From Dipteris shenzhenensis (Eukaryota): a stretch of 64,000 bases of DNA. Shown here in pieces: positions 12,961-25,700 of the stretch. The stretch lies in NCBI GenBank assembly GCA_047967505.1, contig CM106538.1. One strand, written 5' to 3'. Within the stretch, counting starts at the first letter, position 1. Every line of letters begins with the position of its first letter. A model generated the notes under the pieces. That model ran no database searches and was not told where the DNA came from. It saw nothing but the letters and a program-made list of their open reading frames with translations. Position numbers and translations under genes: made by a program.

Positions 12961-14226
12961 TCAATTTCTTGGCTGTGAAGCAGCAACTAAGTTCCATATC
13001 GTTTCCATATCTACACTAGGTACAGTGCTCAGGGGCTTCTGCTTGGAGGGTTGCCAACTCAACTCTGGCAAATTCTCTAAGCTCATCAGCTCATCGCATG
13101 GAGATCCGACCGATGACAGGAATAAGGATTTCCCATCGGTATCTTCGTTATCCACGAACGATTGAATTATGCAATCTTCTGCGTCGAAACCCAGCGCTTC
13201 TTCCATCTTTTCCACTCTTCCATCGTCAGGCTTACTGGAACAGCCCTTTCTTTTGCCTCTTGAAGAGGCCGGTGCCTCTTCTTCCGACTTGCGTTTGTGC
13301 GCCTTGGCAGCTTGCTCTGCCATCACCGCCTCTAACCTGGCGTCCAGATTGGTTATCACGGACTCGTTTCTGCGGATATCACCGAATATGGCGGGATGAG
13401 AGAACAACCATGCCGTCTGTTGCAGAGCAGAGGGGAAATTGAGGCGCGCTCTGTCGCCTCTAAGCTTGTAGGCCGCTCGGTCGTAAACAAGAGCTGCCTC
13501 CTCGGCCGTGTCGAAAGTTCCTAGCCACAACCTTGATCTGTCGCGAGGTAGCCTGATTTCTGCAACCCATTTGCCCCAATGTCTTTGCCTCACGCCCCTA
13601 AAGAGTTTTATAGCTTTGGGAACTCTGCGATCTACACGTGTCATCGAGGCGGACTTGGTACCTAAATTCCAAGGGACTCGCTGCTCCTGCATTGCCTGCG
13701 AGATGCCAGCATTGAAGCAGGTGGTGAGATCTATGGCGTGGGAAGCATTCCCCCAATTGCAATCCTTGGTCTTCGACTGGCATTGCGGTGACTGCAGCCA
13801 TTGCTGGAACCCAATGTCAGATTTTCTTACGCCAATGCTTGCGCCCACGGGCGGCAAGGTCTGGTTGTATTGTTGCTTCTGATGCGAATGGGGATAACGT
13901 GAGCTGTCAGCAGAGGAACATGACGGATCGCCGACAATGGGCTGCGGCGACGTATCGAGCAATGACGGAGAGAAGCGGAAACCATCAGTGCTAGTAGAGC
14001 TGGTGGCCCGTGAAGCTAAGAAATGCTGCTGGGAGCATTCAACATCATCAAGAGTGGAAGAAGAGCTGAGGCTGGAGTCGGAGTCAGGGCTCTTGGGGGG
14101 GTGAATGAGTGAGACGAGGTCTGGAGAGGAAGGGAAAGGGGGAAGGGCATGGATGAGCTGATCTCCGAAGCGAATGGAAGGGGGAGGAGGAGGGAGGGGG
14201 TGAGGGGGAGGGTGCAATTGAGGCAT
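12961..14226 (-). CDS. Intronless AP2/ERF transcription factor, ERF group I / DREB A-6 (RAP2.4-like)
   Basis: AP2 domain [59 protein letters not shown], then LDARLEAV (the group I VDAKLQAI-type motif) and a C-terminal PSVDMETIW. The first in-frame ATG is at 14226; the ORF-track extension to 14592 starts at a non-ATG codon and only translates a tandem repeat. Confidence 0.93.
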   Translation of the reverse strand: MPQLHPPPHPLPPPPPSIRFGDQLIHALPPFPSSPDLVSLIHPPKSPDSDSSLSSSSTLDDVECSQQHFLASRATSSTSTDGFRFSPSLLDTSPQPIVGDPSCSSADSSRYPHSHQKQQYNQTLPPVGASIGVRKSDIGFQQWLQSPQCQSKTKDCNWGNASHAIDLTTCFNAGISQAMQEQRVPWNLGTKSASMTRVDRRVPKAIKLFRGVRQRHWGKWVAEIRLPRDRSRLWLGTFDTAEEAALVYDRAAYKLRGDRARLNFPSALQQTAWLFSHPAIFGDIRRNESVITNLDARLEAVMAEQAAKAHKRKSEEEAPASSRGKRKGCSSKPDDGRVEKMEEALGFDAEDCIIQSFVDNEDTDGKSLFLSSVGSPCDELMSLENLPELSWQPSKQKPLSTVPSVDMETIWNLVAASQPRN

Positions 14227-14571
14227 GGAGAGAAGAGATGGAGCTTGGAAGGAGCAGAGATGGAGCAGCTTGAAAGAAGCAGAGGTGGAGGAGGAAGAGA
14301 TGGAGCTTGAAAGGAGCAGAGATGGAGCTTGGAAGAAGAGATGTAGCTTGAAAGGAGAGATGGAACAGAAAGAAAGGGAGGTTGAAAGGAGCAGGGATGG
14401 AGCTTGGAAGGAGAGGAGATGGAGGTTAAAAGAAGAGCTTGAAAGAAGCAGAATGGGAGCTTGAAAGAAGCAGAGATGGGGCTTGAAAGAAGCAGAAATT
14501 GGACCTTGGAAGGAGCAGAGATGGAGCTTGAAAGCAGCAGAGACGGAGCTTGAAAGAAGCAGAGATGGAAC
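14227..14571. repeat. Degenerate ~22-bp minisatellite (GAGCTTGAAAGAAGCAGAGATG, roughly 15 units) in the probable ERF 5' UTR
   Basis: Repeated gagcttg(a/g)aa(g/a)gagcagagatg units lie between the ERF ATG and the TATA-like tract. Confidence 0.9.
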
Positions 14572-14640
14572 AAAAAGTGAGACCAAACACAAAAGAGCTC
14601 AAAGCAAACAATCGGGTGAGGAGAGACATTTTGTGTTGTA

Positions 14641-14866
14641 GTATATATATGGGATCCTGGAGAAGACGATCAGGACGTGGCCACGTCAGCATCCACAGTA
14701 TATTCCAGACGGGATCTTGTTGGAATCTGCCTTTGGTTGCATTTTAAAATCTTTGTCCAAACGTAGACTTTCTTAGGTCAGTCGTCGCTTTCTGTTCCAT
14801 CTCTTATCTCCGTCCACGTGTTCCCTATCGATCTTGCCTATCGCATCTCCTCCTGCCACGTGCCCC
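14641..14866 (-). promoter_or_regulatory. Probable ERF core promoter: TATA tract plus ABRE/G-box cluster
   Basis: TATATATA at ~14642-14650; palindromic double ABRE GACGTGGCCACGTC at 14674-14687; G-boxes CACGTG at 14815-14820 and in GCCACGTG ~14855-14862. Confidence 0.6.
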
Positions 14867-15216
14867 TTCGCCTCCAGCTGTCCATCCCCGTCCCAACACC
14901 TGCCGGTTTGGGGGTTTATCCTCAAACATTTGTTTAAATTTTCAGACCACGCTAACCTAACCCTGGATCATTCATCCCTCGCACCGTCTCTTCGTACAAA
15001 GAGCTAGAATCTTTAGAGACGTCAATTCACTTAAACATGCTAATAATTTCAATTCTACTACATTATAGCAGTAGTACAAAGTACAAAGCTCCATTTTGAG
15101 CAAGAATCACATCCCTATGTCTTCTCCCCAAAAAGAGTAGCTCTCAAACTATACTAAATGAATTAACATTAGTGACAACATGAAGATGAGTGGATAAAAA
15201 TATTGTTAACCATTGC

Positions 15217-15902
15217 AAGAGCGAAACATTCATGCTCTAGAAGATCCTCAACCATTGGATCCTCGTCCGTTGGCAAAGCTGGCCAAACATATCCCTCTAG
15301 AGATCCCCAGTTTGCTCGATGTGCGGGAAGGCCCTAGAGTCACTTAAGCATCTATTTTGGTCCAGCCTTGTGACCCGCAAAGGTCCTAGAGTCACTTAAG
15401 CATCTATTTTGGTTCAACCCTATGACCCGCAAAGTCTGGATAAAGGTGGAAGCGGCCATCAGAAAAGTGAGACTGATGGCGAAAGTCTACATCAAAGCAA
15501 GATGGAGGATGGTGTTGCTGGGAGACGCGCCCCACTTACCGTCTACACTCGGCACTGCATGGTCGTCAGCTCGTGCCGCAGTTTTTCTATCAGTTTGGAA
15601 GCAGAGAAACCAACTAGCCTTCAATTCAAGTATTGCATTTGGGCTTCAGGAATCCCACTTGTTTCGTTCGGTGAAACTTTGGGTGGATGATGGGCTCCAA
15701 AGACCATGTGGTTAGCCATGCACTGCTCTCCATATGCTCCACGATGTAACCCCGCGCTCCTCTGCTGGCATAGCGTAGGCTGCGGGCCTCTGCCCTTGAA
15801 GTCAGCCAATTTTTGTAATAGGTCTTTTTTTTGGGCCTAACCAACCCCTATATATATACTTGGCTTTTTATTTTAAAAAAAAGAAAAAAAAGAGCGAAAC
15901 AT
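15217..15902 (+). mobile_element. 5'-truncated L1-like LINE insertion with A-rich tail and 13-bp TSD
   Basis: TSD AAGAGCGAAACAT at 15217-15229 and 15890-15902; A-rich tail 15875-15890; zf-RVT-like ESLKHLFW (internally duplicated, ~51 bp) and SVWKQRN..AFN, typical of the LINE ORF2 C-terminus. Confidence 0.85.
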
Positions 15903-16849
15903 GGAGTGAGTGCAAGACAAAAGGAGAGAGTGCAAAGGAAGCAAGACTCAATATTTCACTAGAGCATAGAAACAATGTGACAAAACAACTATGGCCATAC
16001 TTTAGTGGAGCTAATACTAAAGAAAATGCCCATTAACAAAAGCTAAATTAAACACTAACCCACTTTCTAACACAATCAGGTTGACTAGAAACAAACATCA
16101 GCCCAGGTCTATGGAAAGAGGTAGCCTACACGTTGTACCTCTTGTGCCACCCTTTGGATCCCCCCTCCAATATGGAAGATTTTGGAGGAGCAAAAACATG
16201 TAGCTCTAGTGCAAGTACATTGTGGATTGATCGGCCAACATTTATACTAGATGCCAAAGCTTGCCTACCATATAGGTAGGTCGAATAGAGAAGCCTAATA
16301 GCTTGGAAAAAAAGGAGGGCCAAAGTACACAATCTACTTCACATTGCTTATATTAAAAGTACAAAATACTACACAACTAGTGTGCTAATTAAATCTTTTC
16401 TATACATTTGAATTCCTACCATGCATGCATACGCTAAGTGATGTGGGACGTTGCAAATGACACGCCCTTGTTCGTACAAGAAAACCATCACTTTTAAAGA
16501 TAAATAAAAGGTGATATTATAAGTAATGTCCTTGTCCCACCAACACGTCGTCTTGGTTTCTACCAAGTTCTAAAAAGGTGATACAAAAGATAATATTCTT
16601 TCACATCAACATGACATTTTCTTTCCTCAAAGTTGTAGAAAGTAGTTATTGAAGTGAAAAGCGTAGACACGTGTTCTCCATACTCCCCCCCATATATTGA
16701 AAGTTGTACATGATGATCTTTTAGGAGACTTTTTGGTTTTTCCCACTTGCTAGTCCTTTGTACAACATAATATTTTGAAAATGGAGGTTATTATAAATTA
16801 TGATTACTTATAACCATGATGTGTGGTGTACAAAGCCCTAAACGCTTGT

Positions 16850-17217
16850 TGTAGCTCTGAATGTTGCAATTCACTGACATTAGATATGGGCGATCTCCTT
16901 TGTTGGTCCTTTGATGGTATTGCGATGATTCTCATGGGTCTAGTGATTGTTTCTTTCTTCCCTAGAGCAACACATAAGTGTGGACACACGTGTTCAAAAC
17001 TTTCAAATAGTACCAATCCAAAGGTTTCAACTCCACTTCACTATATTCATTGCACCATAGAGTTCATGGCAAAAGCCCTAACCTAACACTAACCCTAAGG
17101 AGTGGACATGTATATACTAGAGCCTCTAATACATGTACATAACCCCCCCCCCCCCAATTCTCTATCTCACCCCCATGTTCTCCAACATGGTATTGGAGCA
17201 CCATGTTGAGGAGATGG

Positions 17218-17293
<76 letters not shown>

Positions 17294-18760
17294 CACACAC
17301 ACAAACCAAAAGGTAGACTCTTCCACGCAATAGTCACCACTTAATCAATTGGAGAAGAAGAACACAATTACACATTGATAGCGACAAGCAAATTGGGTAC
17401 AATCTTCCTCCCCTAGATGAGTGGCTCATGCTTCCTCATCTAGAGTATTTATAATATTCCATAAAAGCATAAGGAGCCAAAATTATCCCTCTCTTCCAAA
17501 ATAAGGGATTTGCTTTACATAGACTCTTTGGGCCCGAAATTGATTTATGTCCTCTTTAAAATATATTGCTCAAACTTTGCAATATTAAAGAAATACAAAA
17601 CTAGCCCATGGCCATAAAAGATGTGCTGTGTGACACCTCGATCTGTACCCTCGCACTAATTCCAATCCTTGATGTGAGTTCCATCAACTGTACTCAAGCC
17701 GTCAATTACATTAGTGATTAACAATCAATTGAACGAATCACCGAATGAAGCGATCCCAACATAACCGTGCTTAAAGTACAATAATCAAGCACAACACCAA
17801 TAACACTAGCGACATCAGTATTAACATGGAATCACCCGCAATAACGACCATCTAGCATGGCAAAACACAAGCTAGTTAGACATTCCCGACCAACCACACA
17901 AAGCATCCAATACGACCGACCCCCACCGCGTCTGGTGTGCTCCTATGGAATACTTTGCCATAGTCAAATTTAACAAAAATAATAATGTCCAAAGCAAGAT
18001 ATACCTGTAACATCCCTCTTGCTTGGATTGCACCTGACCTCAGTTGCGTGTTTGATCATAGGAACTGATAAAATCTGGAAAAGTTTGAAAGAACCGCTCA
18101 GGCATCCACTGAGCATCATCTCTCAGATGATTCTTAAATTTGAGCAAATATTTGGTGTAGACATTTCTTTTTCGGGTCGAGGTTTGTTGATGATCAATAA
18201 TGCATTTAGTTTCTAGGACTTCTTCTTCATCAACAATCAATGGAGCCTCTTCATAAATAGGATGTATAGGTATAGGTCCTTTGAAGGGCTTTATGAAAAG
18301 CATAATATATTTTCCAATTATTAGGTAATTCAAGCCTATATTCTAGATCATTGATTTTTTGAATCACCTTGAAAGGTCCATAAAAACGTGGGGACATCTT
18401 GATTACTGGCCATTCCTTGACGCTCTTCAATCTTCTTTAGAAGTACATAATCACCTTCTTTAAAAAGCATGTGTTTTCGTTTCTTATTAGCTTGTTTTGT
18501 GTACTTCTTTTGAGTGATTGCAATGGCTTCTCAAACCTCTTAGAGATTATTTTGATAGTTATGGATAAATGCATCTGCTGCTTCAACTCTATGGGTCAAT
18601 TGTGTGATAGGTATAGGTAAAAATTTCCCATAGATGATCTCAAAGGGTGCTCTTCCAATTGCAGAATGGGGAGTATTATTATAATTATTTAAGAATCCAT
18701 ATGGTTGTCTATATTCCTAGGTAGAGCGATATTAAGCCAGGGGAAAAAAGGCATTACCTA
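16850..18760 (-). mobile_element. Ty3/gypsy chromovirus relic: integrase C-terminus, chromodomain, PPT and 3' LTR
   Basis: Minus strand reads KMSPRFYGPFKVIQKI (~18355-18400) and a chromodomain-like IIDHQ...KYLLKFKN...DAQWMPE (18040-18250), then purine-rich GAGGGA followed by TGTTACA (~18011), the LTR start. The left LTR boundary is approximate. Confidence 0.75.
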
Positions 18761-19734
18761 TCTACCCAAACATAACTATGATGTTCTAACACCTAGTTTG
18801 TTTGGATGGTGGCAGGTAAGTGGACCCTGACCTGGAAACTTGGACTGCCTGATGATTTCGACATCTTTTTTCAATATTGTGTTTGTCAAACTCAATATTA
18901 TTAAAAATTCTTAATTTTGGTGGAAATTTTTGCAAACTCTAGTTGTTGCATTTTTCAACTTAGATGTATCAAACATTTTTTCCTTGTATGTTTCCATTTT
19001 TTAAAAAATTTATCCAATTGATGGAATTAATTATATGGCTCAATTATTGATGGGACTTTTTAATCACACTTTGATTTCCCAACTAGCCTTTGGTCACGCA
19101 TGCCATACAATAAATTCACATCCATTGGATACTTCTTTGGCATGGATAATCCCTAGTCATTTTGTGATCAGTCTTGTTTTTTACTAACCTTTATATTTAT
19201 TTTGCAGAAGGGGTTTACACATTTACTATTGGCATCATTTTTTCATTTGCGATATCAGTAGGTGGGGAGTAAGTTCCACATGGTTGGCTTACTCCCCACC
19301 ATGTGGTCTTACCCTTTGGGTTGGGGGTGGGTCACACACACACACACACACACACACACTTCCCATCCCCTTGAAAAGCTGAGGCAAGAAGAGATTTTAA
19401 TTCATGGGACTTAGCTCCTAAGTAATGAATATGGATATTAAACTTTGTACTTAGGTAATGCTTGACATAATAAGGCAAAAAACAAGGGAACGTTGACAAA
19501 ATGAATGCCCTATAGTTAAAGAGAAAGGGATAACCCATTTAATTGAAGAGAAATACAAAACAAGTGGTGATGAAAGAGGGGTGGTAAAAGAAAAACAAGA
19601 AATGGTTAGCACCATTGAGGGGGGTCTTAATAATATGGGGCGGATAGAAAATTAACATGGCATATACTTGAAGGGATATGGGATCCCTTGCGTATTGATG
19701 GCCTAAAAGAGACACAGGACTATACAGCATTGCT

Positions 19735-22700
19735 CGAATAGCCGCAAAGTGCCGATCGAGTTAATGGGTTGTATTGGTGGATAGTAATGGAACATGTACT
19801 AGCCGAGCCTCGAGCCACAAGAGGGAAAACACTCAGGAGAATCTCCAAAGAGAACTTCTCTGACTTCGGAGAGTGTGCGCACAGCTTCCAAGCCTTCTTA
19901 CACTATCTCATATACTGGAGGGCTTAGGATCCCTTGATAGTTTTGGCGTGACAATTCTGGCACACGTTACGTGAAGGGTTATTGGCTCCAAGGTGGCTAC
20001 TCTGCATTGTAAGGCACAAGTATCACAAACTTCATGCTATGGAGGCCAATCAGATAGTATTGGTTGTAGAGAGTGCTAGTATCACAACACCGTTGTTCAT
20101 TGCAATGCTCAGCTTACCCCTCACGCTTCATTGTGAGGATACTTAAAGACATGTTACGAGACAAACCCACAGAGCTCGAACAATGATTTACATTTGTGCA
20201 TGATGATAGGAACGATTTGCACTCTATAGAGCTTCGGGTAGCATAAGAGGTTGATGGCATGGTGACCTTTAGTCTGTGCTTGAAAACCACCCAAAGAATG
20301 AATGGTCGTTTAGTTTATGGGTAAAGTTTTACATACTAAAGAACTTATAATCCATGAACGACACGCTTACCTGTTTCGATTGCAATGACCTATACTGGTG
20401 TGAGCATCGAGCAATTGGCCTTAGTGCTCTGCCCTGGAACACGTTATATGGGTAGTTCTCAATCGACCATTACGTTGAGTGGACGCTTTGGAAACACTAC
20501 AGGGATGGATTTTGAAGCCGTTCTCCTGGCTACTTTCTACATGCACTAGGTACCGGGGAAAAACTAGATGACGACCCAGACATCCACATGCCTTTTGGGG
20601 GGAATACGGCAAGCTAGGCGTCGGTAAAATTTAGTGGCTTAGTTTCTACTGTTGTTTGAGTCCTGCATTACTAGGTTGCATAGAGAAGTGTTTGAAATGT
20701 ATGTGGTGGTAAGCACACGAGACAAATTATAAAACATGTTGTTACTTTGATATGCTGAAGCGGTGGGTTATAGTTTTTTATACGATTGAACGGCCAAAAA
20801 CTGTGTTGAGGACCTAGTGGGGATGATATGCTACACATTAAAATGCAATAATACTTAGAACCAGCTACTTCGAGCTGTTGGGTCATAGTAAGCATCGTTT
20901 GATCGTGTTAGATGATAAATCCCCTTACGCCCTAGGTCCGGAATGGTGATGTTCACAAGCAGAGTGGGGATGGACTTAGACGTAGGTATCGCTGCATGTC
21001 AACCATTATTCTTACATTGGCATGGTTTTTTGAATACCTCATGGAACGACCCTACTTGGGCACGAATAAGAAGAAAAAGATAACTTCATACTACTAATCC
21101 TCTAGAAGGATCGTCATGGTCGGATTGTGGAAGCTTTTAGTGTGTCGAGCATTTACAACTTGGGTAGACAGTTTGTTTTATGGGACTCTACGTAGTTTGT
21201 GCACATGAACCTAAGTGCTAGTGAGCATATTCTAGTAACATGTATATATTGGCTCCCCATAGGGTAGAATTTACTAAAAGGAAGGAAATTCGAGTTCAGA
21301 TTACCCTTTGAGCGAGAAACAAATTGTATGCCCCCTTTGATATATATATATAAATTTTTACTAGTTTAATGTCCAGGTTCAATTGTTAAACATGGGGACA
21401 TTATATAAATGCTAGTAACTAACGGACTAGTGTTTGCAATGTTCTTTCTTCCCATGGGCATGCTGCATTTAGGATAGCTTGATGTGGTTGGTCCATATAG
21501 GCTTTACTATTGCCATGTACTCTTTAAAAAAAGTAACCTTAGGTAAACCTGCATACCTTGATTGCTGTAATACATGTAGTGTATCACGTGAATATTTAAT
21601 AAATCATGGTAGATACTAACAAGAAAGGGTAATCCACCATAAAGTTAATGCAGTTGTGCTGGTTTCAAAATAACACTGCTAATTGCATGATGAATTGGAT
21701 TTAGCAGCCTGCAACAGCGAAGCATATGTTAATGTCTACTACATTTTTATTGGACAATTTATGTTCGTCCAGTGTATACTTCTGATACGTGAGCTCCTAC
21801 GATTGTCTTTAGATTATGCTTGTGGATGGACATGCATAACAAATGTGCAAGGTTTTGAAGCATGTCTTCCCATTAAAAGCTAACTTTGGTCACTTTTCTT
21901 GGATGGTGGCAAGTGAGTCCCTGCACTTCTATGCAAGATTCTTTGAAGACTTCTAGGGTGGCTCTAGTGGTGGGACAAAGAATAAACATTGGCATGGACG
22001 TTTCCACCATTGGGACAAAAGATGGATTTATATGATACCTTGATCTTGGTGGAAAGCCCATAGCGGCATTCCCTTGCTGTCTTTTTTGAATATACTGTAA
22101 AAAAATAGTTTTACTATCAACAAGTTTATAGTTTTTTGGGGGTGGTATCATATGAGTAGAATGATGAAGAAAAAATATGAACTATAGGACCCCTGCCTAA
22201 CATTTTTATGAACAAAAAGAATGACATATGAAATTTTGCAATTGATATTCAGGCAAGTACTGGCTTTGATTAGAGACATGCTCTTTGAACATAGGTGGAT
22301 AAGGTTGCAACAAAAAAAGTCATGCTCCCCTTGCTAATAAATTAATATGAAAAACATTGAGATAATGGTGGTTTACACTTTGGATTGGATATAACTACAT
22401 GCTACTACAGCTTGGTAATCTCGCATATATAATGGAAAAAATAATGAAAATTGGATTGGAGTTTGAAAACTTTGAGTTTGTGATTTTAGTAGTAGTTAGG
22501 AAAAACACACAACTCTCATACCATTTGGAGATAATAAAAATATCTGGTCTAATGGTGGACTTGAATGATTTTCTGGTTACAGCATCTTTCTTCCTGGCAT
22601 TAAGATTTAAGGGGGCTTGGTTATATGGAACCTCTTCGTGCCCCTCATTGGGTTGCCAAGGTGTCTTGCCTATTTCAATAAGAAAGTCCATGAGACAATC

Positions 22701-25700
22701 ATAGCCTTGGACACACAAGAATTAAGTGACCACCCGGAATCCATTAAGTTGTTACTGATGCAACTGTCATTCAATGATTGGCGTCAGATATTGGTTTTGG
22801 GCAAGGGAAACATTGAGAAGACTTTATCCCTTATCAACAGTTGTCAAAAAATTTGGAGCAATTAATGGAAGAAGATAATACCACCCTAATGGGATATGTT
22901 GAGAAATCACTTGAGACAATGAGAAATCTTTTTGCATACTCCAACTTACCACCTTCAATGGGGCCATTGTCTCCAAATAATTTGGGATTGAAATGCTTTT
23001 CACTTCTGGAGACAACTTCCAATATTTTATAGCATAGCTTCTGCGATATGGAAGGGTAGTCAAATGAAGAAAAGGAAGCAATATATTTAGACCAGCTTAT
23101 GACTACTACATCCCTAAGAAAAACTCCTCACATACCTACACAAACCCCTTTCCTCCTCCTCGGGTATTGGAAGTGGAGTTGATGGCTTATGATAATAAAA
23201 CTTGGGAAATGTATGACATGAACCTATTGGCACTATTTGCCTCGGATACTTGGCTATTTTTGGTAGACTTAGTGGCAAATGAGAAATATATCAAGTGAAA
23301 AGAGAGCAACGCCGAATTTTCAAATCAGCATAGTACATAACTACTCACTGGCAAGTTTCTTTCCCATGTCAGCTTTTGCCACAGGGAGATGTGCATCACC
23401 CATAGGAGTCTTTGGGAGATGCAAAAGCAGAATATCAAAAACTGAGAGGAGGACGCCCAAATACTTAAATGACATATTCAATGTTGGACGCCATTATTTG
23501 AAATGCAAATGCATGGAAGAGCGCATTGATTGTAAGGCCCAACCATTGTGGTTTGACCATGTGATATAGTTCATTGCTACCAGCAACCCCCCTTCCTTCT
23601 TCCCAAACCTCCATTGCATTCAGTTACTTTCTACTTTTTATGAAGACCAACAATATGGTGCAATTCTGCAAAGCATCAATTAGTTTCTATTACATGAGGG
23701 AGTTGGTTCTATTGGCAGTCAAGAATTTGGAAAAGAACCTGCAAGCCCCTTTACTCTCGCAACCATCCCCCAGTGTCATATCCTATGGGGAGTTGATGTT
23801 GAGATCACTAGAGGCACAACCATTAAGATCCTTTGAACCTGCAAAGAGAGCTAGGCTTGCTGGCCGCACGGAAACGACACGTGGACATGTATGCAGTGCT
23901 CCATATGCCCAGAGAATGCAAGGAACTGGCAGATTCATTAATTGGAAGCCATCCTCAGAAAGTTCAATCCATTTGGATAGCTCAGAGTCACAGGTAAGAA
24001 CCAAAAAGCACTAAGAGGAGGAAAGACAATTTCATACACAAGCACAAAGAGTGGTAACCTCCCCATGCACCATCTACTACATGATGACAAGGAGTGATGA
24101 CTAAAAGGTATGCTTATTAATTTTTTTCAGAGATGTTTATCCTTGATGCCACATGGGAGATTCACATTGAGTGTAGTAGAAGTGTCCCGAACTTATGTTG
24201 TTTGATAATCCCTTAATGGAAATGTTCTCCATTAAAGAATTTTTTGCTGACTTTTTTAAAAAATGGGACTACAAGCAGGAAATTACTTTATTGGAAAAAG
24301 TATCCTTTGCTTGGAAATTTCATAAACCATTATCAACAATGCTCTATAAACTGGAATTAACATTCATGGAAGGTGTAAATAATAATTGCAATTGTCATGC
24401 AAAGGATCTTGCTGGTTTCGTGATGTAGTGACACTTGATATCATGATTGTAAAAGCGAAGGCTCTACGGAAAGAAATTTAGAAGGTGTTAAACCATATTG
24501 TTCGATAAAGCTATAGCACCGAGGGGACATTACAAGCATTACAAGAAGTATGGTGCAAATTAGAATCACTTGTAATGTATGGTGCAAATTAGAATCACTT
24601 TGTACAACCACTATGATCTCCCTTGGATATCTGGAACAACACTTCAACAAAGAAAAAATGTGATGATGTACATCTAAAAAGAATTAAGAACTACAAGGAG
24701 ACCCCTTTAACCATGGAAAGTCCACAGTCATTGAGGATATTAAACGTCTTAAATCATGCTTACTTATTTCTTCTACTGATAAGTTGTCAAACACACCAAC
24801 TTTTATGTGCAGGGGCTTTTTATTTACCCAAGCAAGAGAAAGATTGAGGAGCAATGACTTCCAACTTGTAAAGGACCCACTTATCCTCGATCGACACTTC
24901 TCACTATGTTCATTGACATTAAATTATTTGATGGCCACTTACAAGGCCCACAAAGAGGCATTCTGGTGGATCACCAATGCCCATTCATGTGTATTTTTAG
25001 AAATGGCTTCAACTATGACATTGATCTTACAAGGGTGTATGGACTCGATTATGAGATTTGCTAGTGAGAGATTTGGAACAGCACAGGGATCCTTACTTGC
25101 ACATTTTGGATCATAAATTCAATTTATGAAGTCATGCTTAACTGACCTAATAAGATTCATTCCGTGTTCACAGCAGCAGCAGAGCTGACATTGAGAAGTG
25201 TTATGAGAATATCCCATTGGAGGGGGAATGGGGCCTCAAGGAGGTAATGAAACAAGTAATTGCATGTGCATTTGAAAAACAAGACCAATAGTACATTTGC
25301 GTTCACTCTGATAAGAGGCAGGTTACGTGGACAGATAAGAAGATGGGAACGGGGATCTGCCTTACACTCAAAAAATGCACTGAACTAATGATTGGCTATT
25401 AGGAACATGCATATTCGTTTAGGAGGAGAAGTTTTTAAACAAATAGCATGTATCCCGATGGGCTTTACGTGCTCACCCTTATGGTGCAATCTATACCTTT
25501 TCTGGTTTGAATTTAAAGCGATACTCCGTATCTGGACACTAGATCAATGGGATTAACTCATGAGTTTTAGGAGTGTTTATAGGTTCATGGATGATAGACT
25601 CATGATAAATGTGGAGTCACCTACTTCATTCTTTGACCCAGTGCATAGAGGGGATGGTGACCGAGGATGGATCTACCCCCTACAATTCTTAGAAATAAAA

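Noticed and set aside
14227-14571. Minisatellite as a CRISPR-like array or a miR159/319 target array
   Set aside because: The units abut each other with no unique spacers, and the context is eukaryotic. The resemblance to miR159/319 needs several mismatches and bulges.
14227-14592. ORF-track N-terminal extension of the ERF to 543 aa
   Set aside because: It starts at a non-ATG codon and only translates the minisatellite ([12 protein letters not shown] repeats). The first ATG is at 14226.
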